Notes: generated by a model not told the origin, from the letters alone. Positions 38,616-48,352 are shown, counted from the first letter of the stretch. The stretch: DNA of 64,000 nucleotides from Spirochaetota bacterium (GCA_040756435.1 JBFLZD010000013.1:2249-66248); one strand, 5' to 3'. Translations and numbers: made by a program.

Positions 38616-40271
38616 ATGTCAATAAACGGTGGGCACTTAATTGGCAAATATTTAGCCAAGCGAGGTATACAGTTTGCGTTTGGCATTTCAGGTGGGCATA
38701 TTGAAGCGCTTCTTGATGGTTTGCAGCACTATGGTATACGATCAATTGATGTGCGGCATGAACAAGCTGCGGTGATGATGGCGCATGCTGTAGCAGTGTA
38801 TACCGGCACACCCGGCGTGTGCTTTTTAACCGCAGGTCCAGGCTTTACCAACGGCATCACCGGTATTGCCAATGCATGTTTGGACAATGCACCGGTTGTG
38901 GTGTTATGCGGTCGCCATTCTCTTCGTGATGACCACAAAGGTGCATTACAGGAAATGAATCAGGTTGATGTGGTAAAGCCTTTGGTGAAATGGTGTGCCA
39001 CCTGCTATGATACAAAACGCATCCCTGAATATCTGGATATGGCATTCAGGCATGCCACGTGTGGAAGGCCAGGACCGGTGTTTTTAGAGCTACCCCCGGA
39101 TGTGCTTGGGAAATCCGTTGATGACTTTGATTTTACACCCAGCGTTGATGCATTCAAAGCTGTACCCGATTCATCTACCGTATATAAAGCTGCTGAAATT
39201 ATCAACAGTGCCAAAAAGCCACTTTTTATAGGTGGTTCAGGTATTGGTTACAGCAACTGTACCCTGGAACTGCAGGCTTTTATTGAAAAAACAGGAATAC
39301 CGTTTATACTCCTGAATAATGGTCGCGGCGTTTTGCCTGATAACCATCCGCTGTCAATCTGGAATATTGGCAATGTTGGCCTTATGATGACAATGTCACA
39401 GGCTGATGTCATTGTTGCAGCAGGTATCAGGTTTAACTGGCTCTTTCAGTCAGGCGCTGTTATTCCGCCAACCACAAAAGTGGTGCGCATTGATATTGAA
39501 CCCACTGAAATCAATCGCAACCGTGTTGCAGATGCTGGCCTTCTTGGTGATTCTGGAGCAGCACTCAAAGCGTTATTGCCATTGGTTGAAAAGAAAGATC
39601 ATTCAGAGTGGATTGATATGGCAACAAAAGCTGGATATGCATTTATTGATAGCGAAATTAAACTACGCCAAAATCCCTCTGACCCCATCCACCCCATACG
39701 ACTGGTTGCCAGGGCTCAGGAAGTCTTTGGCACCGATGCACTGTACGTTGTTGATGGCGGTGATACTACATACTTTGGTTTGGTTGGCTTTCAGTCCCGG
39801 CACAAAGCTGGTGTGCTATCGCAATCGGCAGGACTACTGGGATGTCTTGGTGCCGGCATCCCGTTTGCTATTGCCGCAAAACTTGTGCACCCTGATAAAC
39901 AGGTAGTGGTACTCAATGGCGATGGCTCATTTGGATTTAACGGTTTTGAATTTGACACTGCGGTGCGCCACAATATCCCAATTGTGTGCATAGTGAACAA
40001 TGATTGCGCCTGGGGAATGATCAAACACAGCCAGGAACTTTCAATTGGGAAAGAACGAGTAACCTGTGCTGAACTTGGCATCCGACGTTATGAAAAGGTT
40101 GTTGAAGGCATGGGTGGACATGGTGAATTTGTTGAAAAGGATGAGGCGATAGTACCTGCACTTATTCGTGCAATGGAAAGCGGCAAGCCTGCGTGTGTTA
40201 ATGTTCTTACTGATCCAACAGTAACAAGCCCGGCAACACCGCTATTTTATCAGTCATTAAAATTTGATTAA
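38616..40271 (+). CDS. thiamine-pyrophosphate-dependent enzyme (acetolactate synthase-like family)
   Basis: N-terminal TPP pyrimidine-binding region (GISGGHI...RHEQAAVMMAHA) and C-terminal GDG...NN TPP-binding motif (VVLNGDGSFGFNGFEF...IVNND). Confidence 0.8.
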   Translation: MSINGGHLIGKYLAKRGIQFAFGISGGHIEALLDGLQHYGIRSIDVRHEQAAVMMAHAVAVYTGTPGVCFLTAGPGFTNGITGIANACLDNAPVVVLCGRHSLRDDHKGALQEMNQVDVVKPLVKWCATCYDTKRIPEYLDMAFRHATCGRPGPVFLELPPDVLGKSVDDFDFTPSVDAFKAVPDSSTVYKAAEIINSAKKPLFIGGSGIGYSNCTLELQAFIEKTGIPFILLNNGRGVLPDNHPLSIWNIGNVGLMMTMSQADVIVAAGIRFNWLFQSGAVIPPTTKVVRIDIEPTEINRNRVADAGLLGDSGAALKALLPLVEKKDHSEWIDMATKAGYAFIDSEIKLRQNPSDPIHPIRLVARAQEVFGTDALYVVDGGDTTYFGLVGFQSRHKAGVLSQSAGLLGCLGAGIPFAIAAKLVHPDKQVVVLNGDGSFGFNGFEFDTAVRHNIPIVCIVNNDCAWGMIKHSQELSIGKERVTCAELGIRRYEKVVEGMGGHGEFVEKDEAIVPALIRAMESGKPACVNVLTDPTVTSPATPLFYQSLKFD

Positions 40272-40280
40272 TAATTCTGT

Positions 40281-40670
40281 ATGATAATCAGGGATATTTC
40301 ATATAAACTTAATGTTATTTTTAAACACAATAATGTTGTGTTTGCATATCTATTTGGTTCAATAGCCAAAAATGAAATATCGCCATCAAGTGATATTGAT
40401 ATTGCTGTGTATTTAAAAAATAGTAATTCTGAGAAGCTATTTAATACACTGCTTTCAATCCATCTTGATACCTGCAGAGCTTTGAAAACAAATAACGTTG
40501 ACATTGTCATCCTTAATACAAATTACAACCTAATGCTAATAGATGAAATAATACGAAATGGGATACTACTTTATGATGCCGATCCCCAATTTCGTGAAGA
40601 ATTTGAATGTAAAATGATTCATTCAGCAATTGATTTCAAAACCCAACGTTATTTCACAATTAAAGTATAA
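40281..40670 (+). CDS. mntA: minimal nucleotidyltransferase (MNT) antitoxin, MntA-like
   Basis: GS...DID motif (AYLFGSIAKNEISPSSDIDIAVYL), 129 aa, immediately upstream of the HEPN gene. Confidence 0.75.
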   Translation: MIIRDISYKLNVIFKHNNVVFAYLFGSIAKNEISPSSDIDIAVYLKNSNSEKLFNTLLSIHLDTCRALKTNNVDIVILNTNYNLMLIDEIIRNGILLYDADPQFREEFECKMIHSAIDFKTQRYFTIKV

Positions 40671-41092
40671 TGGAAAGAATAGTATACAAAATTGGCAAAA
40701 TTAGGGAATATCTATCAATTGTATATTCTATAAAAGACGATTGTCATAATCGTTTTACTATCGATCCTATTTACAGGGGAGCAATGCTCCATTACCTCTA
40801 TCTTTTATCAGACTCTTGTATAACTTTAGCAGAGCTTGTGATTAAATATAAAAAATTACGAATTCCTCAAACATATTATGAAGCTATAGACATACTTGGG
40901 GAAAACAATATCATAAATCCTGTATTTGCGTATTCTTTTGCCAAAATTGCAGGTTTTAGAAATTATTTAGCCCATGATTATGAACAGATAAGTCCAATTA
41001 TAATCTGCAATGAAATTTTAAACAAACTTCAAGATATTGAAAACTATCTGTCACAAATTGAAAAATCGTTAGGCATTGATTTCTATAACTAA
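40670..41092 (+). CDS. hepT: HEPN-domain toxin, HepT-like (DUF86)
   Basis: Rx4-6HxY motif RNYLAHDY, 140 aa. Its start codon overlaps the MNT stop (TAATG). Confidence 0.75.
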   Translation: MERIVYKIGKIREYLSIVYSIKDDCHNRFTIDPIYRGAMLHYLYLLSDSCITLAELVIKYKKLRIPQTYYEAIDILGENNIINPVFAYSFAKIAGFRNYLAHDYEQISPIIICNEILNKLQDIENYLSQIEKSLGIDFYN

Positions 41093-41124
41093 GCAAAAAA
41101 ATGTTTATAGTATAAGGAAAAAAT

Positions 41125-42327
41125 ATGAAAGCACTGCAATTTAACGTGACCGTACCACAATGGATAGCACTGAAAGCGTTAGGAGCCTTTTCAAAATCCG
41201 TGTTTTACAAAAGCCCAATTGGCACACTGAAATTAGTCGACATCCCAAAGCCAGAGCCTATCGATAAAAACTGGGCAATAGTAAAAACAACATATTGTGG
41301 ATTTTGTGGAAGCGACTATAACCTGATACAGCTTCACGATTCGCCCATGGCTTCCCCGTTTACATCGTTTCCCTGTGTTATTGGACATGAGGTATGCGGC
41401 ACCATTGAAGAGCCAGGCAACACCGGCTTTAAAAAGGGACAGCGTGTTGTTATAAACCCTATGCTTTCATGTGCTGTGCGACAATTACCGCTATGCCCTT
41501 CATGTAAAAATGGGCGACCTGCTAACTGTGAAAATTTTGCCAATGGTAGCTTTGCACCGGGTATGTTTACTGGTATTTGCAAGGATGTCAATGGCGGCTT
41601 TGCTCAGTACCTGCCAGCACACAGCTCACAGCTTTTTGCAATTCCCGGTACCATAAGCACCAAGGCAGCAGTACTAACTGAGCCATTAAGTGTGGCATTA
41701 CAGGCAATCTACGATAACATGCCACAAAATTATGATAAAGTGTGCATTATTGGCTGCGGTGTCATTGGGCTTATGCTTGTTCGCGCTCTACGTGCATTAA
41801 ACTGCAGGGCAACAATAGCAGTCATTGAACCATCCCAATTTCACCGGCAAAAAGCTCTAAGCTGGGGTGCTGATGCTGTTTTACAGGGTGATTTATTAGA
41901 GGCAGCTACATTTACCAATGGAAAAGTATATACTCCTATGTTTGGGCCAAAGATACTGCAGGGTGGATTTGATAGGGTATTTGACACAGTTGGTTCATCA
42001 AAAACATTTTCACTTGCAATGAATATTGCACGAGCTGGTGGTCACATTAGCCTGGTTGGCATAACCAGCAAGCTTTCATATGATCCAACTCCACTATGGC
42101 TTAAGCTATTAACCGTTAAAGGTGTGTATGGCTATGGTTTTATACGGGAAGGCAGAAAGCAAAAGCATATTTTTGAAAAAGCGTTAGAAATTATGAAGAA
42201 GATGCCCGATATTGAGTCAATGGTGACGCACACTTTCTCTATTGAGCAGTATAAAGAAATGATTGAGGTTAATGCCAATAAAGGAATACACAGGGCAATA
42301 AAAACTGTGGTGGAGTTTAAGAAGTGA
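41125..42327 (+). CDS. zinc-dependent medium-chain alcohol dehydrogenase (MDR) family protein
   Basis: Catalytic zinc motif GHEVCGTIEEPG, structural-zinc cysteine cluster (CAVRQLPLCPSCKNGRPANC) and Rossmann GCGVIG. Confidence 0.8.
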   Translation: MKALQFNVTVPQWIALKALGAFSKSVFYKSPIGTLKLVDIPKPEPIDKNWAIVKTTYCGFCGSDYNLIQLHDSPMASPFTSFPCVIGHEVCGTIEEPGNTGFKKGQRVVINPMLSCAVRQLPLCPSCKNGRPANCENFANGSFAPGMFTGICKDVNGGFAQYLPAHSSQLFAIPGTISTKAAVLTEPLSVALQAIYDNMPQNYDKVCIIGCGVIGLMLVRALRALNCRATIAVIEPSQFHRQKALSWGADAVLQGDLLEAATFTNGKVYTPMFGPKILQGGFDRVFDTVGSSKTFSLAMNIARAGGHISLVGITSKLSYDPTPLWLKLLTVKGVYGYGFIREGRKQKHIFEKALEIMKKMPDIESMVTHTFSIEQYKEMIEVNANKGIHRAIKTVVEFKK

Positions 42328-42341
42328 ACGTTTTTTTACTA

Positions 42342-42872
42342 TTAGGCATAATAATCGTCCTTTTCCCAGTTTATGGGATTATTGATGATGTATTTGGATA
42401 TTCTATAGAATGATTCATCATCGCGGATGATATGTTCATAATAATTGCGTTGCCATACAGGAATTCCGGGTGTGTTACGAATTATATTTATTTGTTTTGC
42501 GGTATTCATTTTTAAACGTCCAATTATTTTTGGTAACAACATTTTACGGCGTTGTAATTGTAGGGGCGATTCATGAATCGCCCCTACAGGGGTATTATCC
42601 GTCGTAACAATTGATATTATCCCATGAAAATGATTTGGCATTACCACAAATTCGTGTAATTCAATGTTATTATAATGATTGGGCAAATCATACCAACATT
42701 GTTCAACAATTTTCCCGTAATCATTTAATATCATTTTACCATCTGAAATATTTCCAAATAAAAATTCACGGTTATGCGTGCATATTGTCACAAAATATGC
42801 ACCGATCTGTGAATAATCATAACCCTTTAACCGAATAGAACGACGATTGTGGATTTTTCGATTATCTTTCAT
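42342..42872 (-). CDS. REP-associated tyrosine transposase (RAYT; IS200/IS605-like Y1 HUH transposase, COG1943)
   Basis: HUH motif VVMPNHFHGII and the C-terminal Tyr region WQRNYYEHIIRDDESF...SKYIINNP. It is a single gene with no IS-like terminal structures recognised. Confidence 0.8.
   Translation of the reverse strand: MKDNRKIHNRRSIRLKGYDYSQIGAYFVTICTHNREFLFGNISDGKMILNDYGKIVEQCWYDLPNHYNNIELHEFVVMPNHFHGIISIVTTDNTPVGAIHESPLQLQRRKMLLPKIIGRLKMNTAKQINIIRNTPGIPVWQRNYYEHIIRDDESFYRISKYIINNPINWEKDDYYA
42560..42587. repeat. perfect 12-bp-stem hairpin GTAGGGGCGATTC-ATGA-ATCGCCCCTAC inside the RAYT coding sequence
   Basis: It encodes VGAIHESPL between the HUH and Tyr motifs. It has GTAG/CTAC termini like classical REP heads. 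Confidence 0.7.
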
Positions 42873-42899
42873 ATTTTATCCTCATTCACCCCCAATCCC

Positions 42900-43163
42900 C
42901 TACATCATTACACAGTAGCAATCAACCATCACCTCATAGGCAGCAAATGAATGCTTAACAATCCATTCATTCTTTGCCATTACAAGCAATGTATCTATTG
43001 TATCAAGAACATCAAGAGCATAAAATGGCTCTTCATCTGGCAAAGAACGAAGTACGTGCATAATGTCATCCATACGTTCGCTGTCGTATAGTATCTTCCC
43101 CTTGCTATCAAACAATACCGGATAATACCGGTTTTTGCATTTAAACAGCACATACAGCGCCAT
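42900..43163 (-). CDS. hypothetical protein (87 aa)
   Basis: ORF only; no family recognised; located just upstream of the RAYT on the same strand. Confidence 0.3.
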   Translation of the reverse strand: MALYVLFKCKNRYYPVLFDSKGKILYDSERMDDIMHVLRSLPDEEPFYALDVLDTIDTLLVMAKNEWIVKHSFAAYEVMVDCYCVMM

Positions 43164-43479
43164 TGTATCTTTAAGGCCTGATTGCTTTATGCTGCGTATT
43201 CCACAGGGCAGGGAAATTATTTTTTTTCTTTCTGATTCATCACAATGCGTACTATCGGCAATATAGAGCTTGGCGTGCTGATAAAGAAATCACGGTGAAA
43301 GCGTGGTACCATTCCCCATTATTAATACAAATAAAAAAATGCTTTACTTTTTACTACTACACGTATACAATTATAACGAAATCGATTAAATTGTGGTTTT
43401 TTAAAGCGGGCAAAACCCATTTACTAAAGCTTTAGTTGGTGTTACGGTAAGGACAATTTATTTTACGGAGGAAGCCAGT

Positions 43480-44454
43480 ATGAAAAAGTTTTTGATAGCA
43501 CTTGTCATAATCATTGTTGCACTGATTGCTATTGATGCTTATCAATCGCACATTACGTATACATATACACCTAAAAAGCTTCCTGCAACATTTGACGAAT
43601 ATTACCAGTTGAAGCTTAAAGAAAGCAAAGAAAAAGGTACTCGCCCTCACAATGAAGAAAAGCTTCTACAATTTGCACCTAAAACAAAAATAGCAATGCT
43701 CTATATTCACGGCTATGGCGCTTCGCGTGGTGAGGGTGAATTTGTCATAGATACTATCGCCAAAAAATTAAAATACAATACATATTACCTTAGATTGCCT
43801 GGCCATGGAACAAACATGGATGATCATAAAAATACGGAATATTATCAGCTTTTAGACACTGCAATTGAAGCTGCACAGATGACTAAACTTTTGGGTGACA
43901 AATTAGTGATCATTGGAACAAGCATGGGTGGAACTATAGCAACCTATATTGCAGCAGAGCATCCTGATATACCTGATGCGGTTATACTGGTTTCACCGTT
44001 TTACCGTTTTGCCAATCCCATGGGGAATGCCTTATTCTTCAGGCCTTTTTTCAAAACCGTGTTACTGTTTACCACATACCGTGAGCGTCATGACCCTTAT
44101 GATGATCCCAATGACAACTGGACCATGTACTGGTATGCAAAAAACTACTGGGCATCCCTGCATTCATTGCTGGATCTGGGTGAATTTATTGCCAATGATT
44201 CTTTTTACAAAAAAGTTTCATGCCCGGTACTGTTGCTTTATTATTATAAAGATGAAAAGCACAAAGATGGATCTGCAGAAGTTAGTGCCATGCTGAAAGC
44301 TTATGATACATTCAATAACGGTAAGCCCAATCCTTTAAGCCGCAAAGTGGTCATTGAAAATGGCGATCATGTTCTTCTTTCAAAGTATGTGAAATCAGAT
44401 TGGGGTAAAGCAGAAAAAGCTATTACTGCATTTTTAAACAATGTAGCTCAATAA
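43480..44454 (+). CDS. secreted alpha/beta-hydrolase (esterase/lipase-like)
   Basis: Signal peptide, nucleophile elbow GTSMGG, and the upstream HGYGAS oxyanion region. A GGAGG ribosome-binding site lies 7 nt upstream. Confidence 0.7.
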   Translation: MKKFLIALVIIIVALIAIDAYQSHITYTYTPKKLPATFDEYYQLKLKESKEKGTRPHNEEKLLQFAPKTKIAMLYIHGYGASRGEGEFVIDTIAKKLKYNTYYLRLPGHGTNMDDHKNTEYYQLLDTAIEAAQMTKLLGDKLVIIGTSMGGTIATYIAAEHPDIPDAVILVSPFYRFANPMGNALFFRPFFKTVLLFTTYRERHDPYDDPNDNWTMYWYAKNYWASLHSLLDLGEFIANDSFYKKVSCPVLLLYYYKDEKHKDGSAEVSAMLKAYDTFNNGKPNPLSRKVVIENGDHVLLSKYVKSDWGKAEKAITAFLNNVAQ

Positions 44455-44510
44455 ATACGTTTGGCAATAATTGATCTAAAAATTTTTTAAAATATAATCT
44501 CTAACTTTAT

Positions 44511-44554
44511 GCCATGATAGTAAACCAAACATATATACTATCATGGCTTTTTTA
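44511..44554 (+). terminator. rho-independent terminator after the alpha/beta-hydrolase gene
   Basis: Perfect 12-bp stem GCCATGATAGTA / TACTATCATGGC with a 13-nt loop, followed by TTTTTTAT. Confidence 0.6.
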
Positions 44555-44804
44555 TAAAGTCATGAATTACTTCTATTTTTATGAATGTATGAATTGCAAC
44601 TGTTTACAGTACCTCCACACTTTTGCATCATCTTTCAATCTTTATTACATAAAAGTTACAAGTATATTTCTACTATGTTAAATATCCTTATACAGGTCTT
44701 AATCAAAACATGCAATCATTGACATAATTCTATTTTAATAAAATAAAAAAAACGCACATAAAAGTGCGTTGTAAAAAATTTAATAATTTTAAAAGGAGTT
44801 CATT

Positions 44805-45629
44805 ATGAGTACAATTAAAAGAATGTTCCTGCTCTTTATGTTTGGTGTAACAAGTATCTTTTTTGTTACCGATAAAAGTTACTCTGAGGAAAAAAACTTT
44901 TATATTCCTGTTGGTCTTACCTATGATAGTATCTACTGGTGGAGGGGCATTGAATTAAATGGCAAGGGGGCTGGAGTGCTGTGGCCAAAGATTGGGATTG
45001 AAGTTAGTGGCATCACAGCCTACGTTACTGCCGGTATTAATCAGGATTATATAATGGCAACAGAAAAAGGCGATAGGCAGCTTGCAAAATCGTACCATGA
45101 ATTTGACTATGGTATAGAATATGCCTATAACAAAGATTCCCTGAGCAGTACCGTTGGTATAAAATACACACATTACCCCTTTTATGACAGCTCAGGTGCA
45201 ACCGTTGACCCTTCATTTATTGAAGGCTATATCATAGCAAGTTACACTGCATTTATTGTGCCTACTATTGAAGTTTACTATGATTACTATGTTGAAGAAA
45301 CAGCCGATAAAACACCCGTCAACCAGGACATTTATGCAAAACTTACCCTTTTTAAGGATTTAGTAAATGCAGATAATTTTGTATGCAAAACCGGTGTATG
45401 GGCGGCGTATTATAATAATGCATACCTTGACAGAAAAGGCTTCAGTGATGCAGGGATAACTGTATCTACATCATATGTATATGAAAATGTGACATTCTTT
45501 TCTGCATTGAATTATGCACGAACACTTTCAAAAGACTTTTATATTTTGTACGATAGTGATGGCAATGGAAAAAGCAGTGAATTAAAAAATCACCTGTGGG
45601 CTGATTTTGGGGTAAGTAGCAGGTTGTAA
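44805..45629 (+). CDS. hypothetical secreted protein with beta-barrel-like alternating pattern (possible outer-membrane protein)
   Basis: Signal peptide (MFLLFMFGVTSIFFVT), abundant aromatic/alternating residues and an AAAAGGAG ribosome-binding site. No family recognised. Confidence 0.45.
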   Translation: MSTIKRMFLLFMFGVTSIFFVTDKSYSEEKNFYIPVGLTYDSIYWWRGIELNGKGAGVLWPKIGIEVSGITAYVTAGINQDYIMATEKGDRQLAKSYHEFDYGIEYAYNKDSLSSTVGIKYTHYPFYDSSGATVDPSFIEGYIIASYTAFIVPTIEVYYDYYVEETADKTPVNQDIYAKLTLFKDLVNADNFVCKTGVWAAYYNNAYLDRKGFSDAGITVSTSYVYENVTFFSALNYARTLSKDFYILYDSDGNGKSSELKNHLWADFGVSSRL

Positions 45630-45695
45630 AAAAATTTCTTGACGGTGAATCAAATTTGAATAGTGTGCCTTTTATCAATACAGTTAGGGTGTTTT

Positions 45696-46331
45696 ATGGA
45701 TAACTATCTCAAAGTATCAACATTTAAACGCTTACTGTTTAATGTAAAAACTCGCTTATACTGGGAACTATCGTATAAGAAAAAGTTTGCCTCCATTGCA
45801 GGTAATCCCATTGTATGGGGTTTATGGAATATTGATGTGTATGGGCCAAATATTCATTTGGGCAAAAACGTGGTGTTTTTAGCTGCAAACGGCAGTAAAA
45901 CTGCATTAACAACAGTGCGACTTGCGGGTCATGAAGGGCGTATTGATATAGGCAATAATGTGCTTGTTATGAATGGGGTGCGCATTAGCAGCGCATCCCA
46001 TATCATCATTGGCGATGACTGTATGTTAGCTAACTTTTGCTACCTTACTGATGCTGATTGGCATGATATCCATGATCGCACTAACCCTGTTGGCAAGACT
46101 GCACCTATTATCCTTGAAAAAGGTGTATGGATTGGCGATTCAGCTATTATCTGCAAGGGCGTGCATATTGGTGAAAATTCAGTTGTGGGAGCTGGTGCCG
46201 TGGTAACCAAAGATGTACCTCCCAATGTGGTTGTTGCAGGCAATCCTGCACGAATTGTAAAGGAAATTGATCCTGATAGGGTTGTAACTCATAGCAGCCT
46301 TTATCATAAGGTGGGAGCGCCTCGTCTATGA
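45696..46331 (+). CDS. hexapeptide-repeat (LbH) O-acetyltransferase, WbbJ/maltose-acetyltransferase-like
   Basis: Left-handed beta-helix hexapeptide repeats (IGNNVLVMNGVRISSA...IGDSAIICKGVHIGENSVVGAGAVV). Its stop overlaps the GT4 gene start (ATGA). Confidence 0.75.
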   Translation: MDNYLKVSTFKRLLFNVKTRLYWELSYKKKFASIAGNPIVWGLWNIDVYGPNIHLGKNVVFLAANGSKTALTTVRLAGHEGRIDIGNNVLVMNGVRISSASHIIIGDDCMLANFCYLTDADWHDIHDRTNPVGKTAPIILEKGVWIGDSAIICKGVHIGENSVVGAGAVVTKDVPPNVVVAGNPARIVKEIDPDRVVTHSSLYHKVGAPRL

Positions 46332-47563
46332 GGATATGCCTTTTGTGTTACCGTGCCAACCCTTTTTGCGGTGGTCAGGGTATATATCTTAAATATGTTG
46401 CCGAAGCCTTAGCACGGCAGGGCCATGAGGTACACGCCATCGTTGGCCCTCCTTATCCCCACCATATGAAAAATGTCACCCTTCATTATATTGAAAACAA
46501 TCAATATTATATTAAAAAAGGCTTTGAATTCATTACGCATGACAGGCCGTTTGATATTTTTCATCCCGTTAATGCGTATGAATATATTCACTCACGGTTG
46601 GGTGCTTTTCCTGAAATAAGCGGTTTCAGTTATCGCGCATTTTTTATGATGCGAAAGCTCCATGAAAAGCTCCATTTTGATATCATCCATGATAATCAGT
46701 GTATTGGCTATGGGTTGCTTTTCATGAAAGCCTTAGGTATTCCCGTTATGGCCACTATCCACCATCCATTAACTATTGATTTAGAAAATGTGCTGGAACG
46801 TGCTTCATCATTTAAAAACAGAATCAAAGGAGTAATGTTTTACCCCATCCTCATGCAGCAAATTGTATCAAAACGATTGGACCATATAATCACTGTCTCA
46901 GAAGATTCTAAACATAGAATAACAAAAGATTTTGGTGTTCCACCACACAAACAGTCAGTAGTATATAATGGCCTTGACACTTCCATTTTCAGGAAGCTGC
47001 CATATATAAAGAAAAAAAACAATAAGCTCTTATTTGTGGGTAACGTTGAAGATGGCAAGAAAGGTTTTGTGTATCTTTTAAAGGCTCTGACCCTCATCAA
47101 ATCTAACGCTACTCTTACTGTTATTGATGGCGGCGCTCCACATCGCCACATCACCCATAAGCTTGTTGATACATTGGGCGTGCGTAACAAAGTAGAATTT
47201 GTTGGCGCCGCATCAACTGATGAATTGGTACATCATTATAATGAAGCCGCTATTGCCATTGTTCCTTCAGTATATGAAGGATTTGGCTTCCCCGCAGCTG
47301 AAGCCATGGCATGCGGCACGCCGGTAATTGCCAGCGATGGTGGTGCACTGCGTGAGGTGGTTGGTGATGCAGGCATTGTTGTCCCTTCACGGGATGAGGT
47401 TGCATTAGCTGATGCTATCGATAATTTGTTACAGAGCAAAAAGCTATTACAGGAACTATCGCATAAAGGGATTGAACGTGTACAAACTCACTTTAACTGG
47501 GACAATGCTGCTTTACAGATGGCAGCTATTTATAAAAAGGTTATTGCCAGTTACTATCGGTAA
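46328..47563 (+). CDS. glycosyltransferase family 4 (GT-B, retaining)
   Basis: C-terminal EX7E region EGFGFPAAEAMACGTPVIAS and GT4 architecture, 411 aa. Confidence 0.85.
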   Translation: MRICLLCYRANPFCGGQGIYLKYVAEALARQGHEVHAIVGPPYPHHMKNVTLHYIENNQYYIKKGFEFITHDRPFDIFHPVNAYEYIHSRLGAFPEISGFSYRAFFMMRKLHEKLHFDIIHDNQCIGYGLLFMKALGIPVMATIHHPLTIDLENVLERASSFKNRIKGVMFYPILMQQIVSKRLDHIITVSEDSKHRITKDFGVPPHKQSVVYNGLDTSIFRKLPYIKKKNNKLLFVGNVEDGKKGFVYLLKALTLIKSNATLTVIDGGAPHRHITHKLVDTLGVRNKVEFVGAASTDELVHHYNEAAIAIVPSVYEGFGFPAAEAMACGTPVIASDGGALREVVGDAGIVVPSRDEVALADAIDNLLQSKKLLQELSHKGIERVQTHFNWDNAALQMAAIYKKVIASYYR

Positions 47564-48345
47564 TCTGTTATTTTTGTATTTTTTGGAAGCTTCAGCTCAG
47601 CTACAGTATCAGGCACAGCTTCGTTTATCAAATACTGCTGCATGGTTACCTCAAACGTTGTTTTGCCATTAACATCAACAAACCGTAATGCCTTACAGGT
47701 AAAAATGTTATTGTCTATCTTTGGTTTAAAAAAATATATCTCGTAGCGGGCATTGTTCCCTTTTTGTACAAATAAAATTTTACCTGGCACATTGTCTTTC
47801 ATGGATATGGTCTGATGCATTGTATCATTTTCCAGTAATATAAATTGCTCGTTACCATCCTCAATAGCCTTTACACTATAATAATTTTTCAAAAGCGGTA
47901 TCTTGCCAATCAACAAATTGTCTATTAGTTCAACATCAATATTCAATGGAAGAAAAGAATATACAGGGAATTTATTATAGTCAAATACTAATAGATTGTT
48001 TGCAATGGGCTGATAAATATACAGTGTATCGTTGTCACGCACCACCACACTGAGCTGCGATCCAAACACCGAATCCACAATTGACATCCGTGCCTTCCTT
48101 GCATCCACATTATACTGTAACTTTACCGAGGATTTAAAACCTTCTTTTGCAATATTCTCTATTCGCATCGATGCAGTTACTGTATGAGGCAATGTTGCAT
48201 TTAATTTTATTATTTCTTCCAGGAGCGGTGTTGGGCTTGTTTCCTTTTTTTCGGTTTCTTTTACTGGTGCAGAAGTACAGCTATAAAAAAAAGCCAGCGT
48301 TAGTATTACAGCAATGCGCAGCATGTTTTTACTTATTCCAATCAT
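47554..48345 (-). CDS. hypothetical lipoprotein
   Basis: Start moved to the internal ATG (MIGISKNMLRIAVILTLAFFYSC, lipobox FYSC) to avoid overlapping the upstream TPR gene. Beta-rich body (LolA-like or DUF) not confidently assigned. Confidence 0.45.
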   Translation of the reverse strand: MIGISKNMLRIAVILTLAFFYSCTSAPVKETEKKETSPTPLLEEIIKLNATLPHTVTASMRIENIAKEGFKSSVKLQYNVDARKARMSIVDSVFGSQLSVVVRDNDTLYIYQPIANNLLVFDYNKFPVYSFLPLNIDVELIDNLLIGKIPLLKNYYSVKAIEDGNEQFILLENDTMHQTISMKDNVPGKILFVQKGNNARYEIYFFKPKIDNNIFTCKALRFVDVNGKTTFEVTMQQYLINEAVPDTVAELKLPKNTKITDYR

Positions 48346-48352
48346 AATACAA

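Noticed and set aside
42342-42872. Interpreting the RAYT gene as an IS200/IS605 insertion sequence
   Set aside because: No subterminal palindromic IS ends and no tnpB partner flank it. Its length and the QRNYYEHIIR motif fit the domesticated RAYT class.
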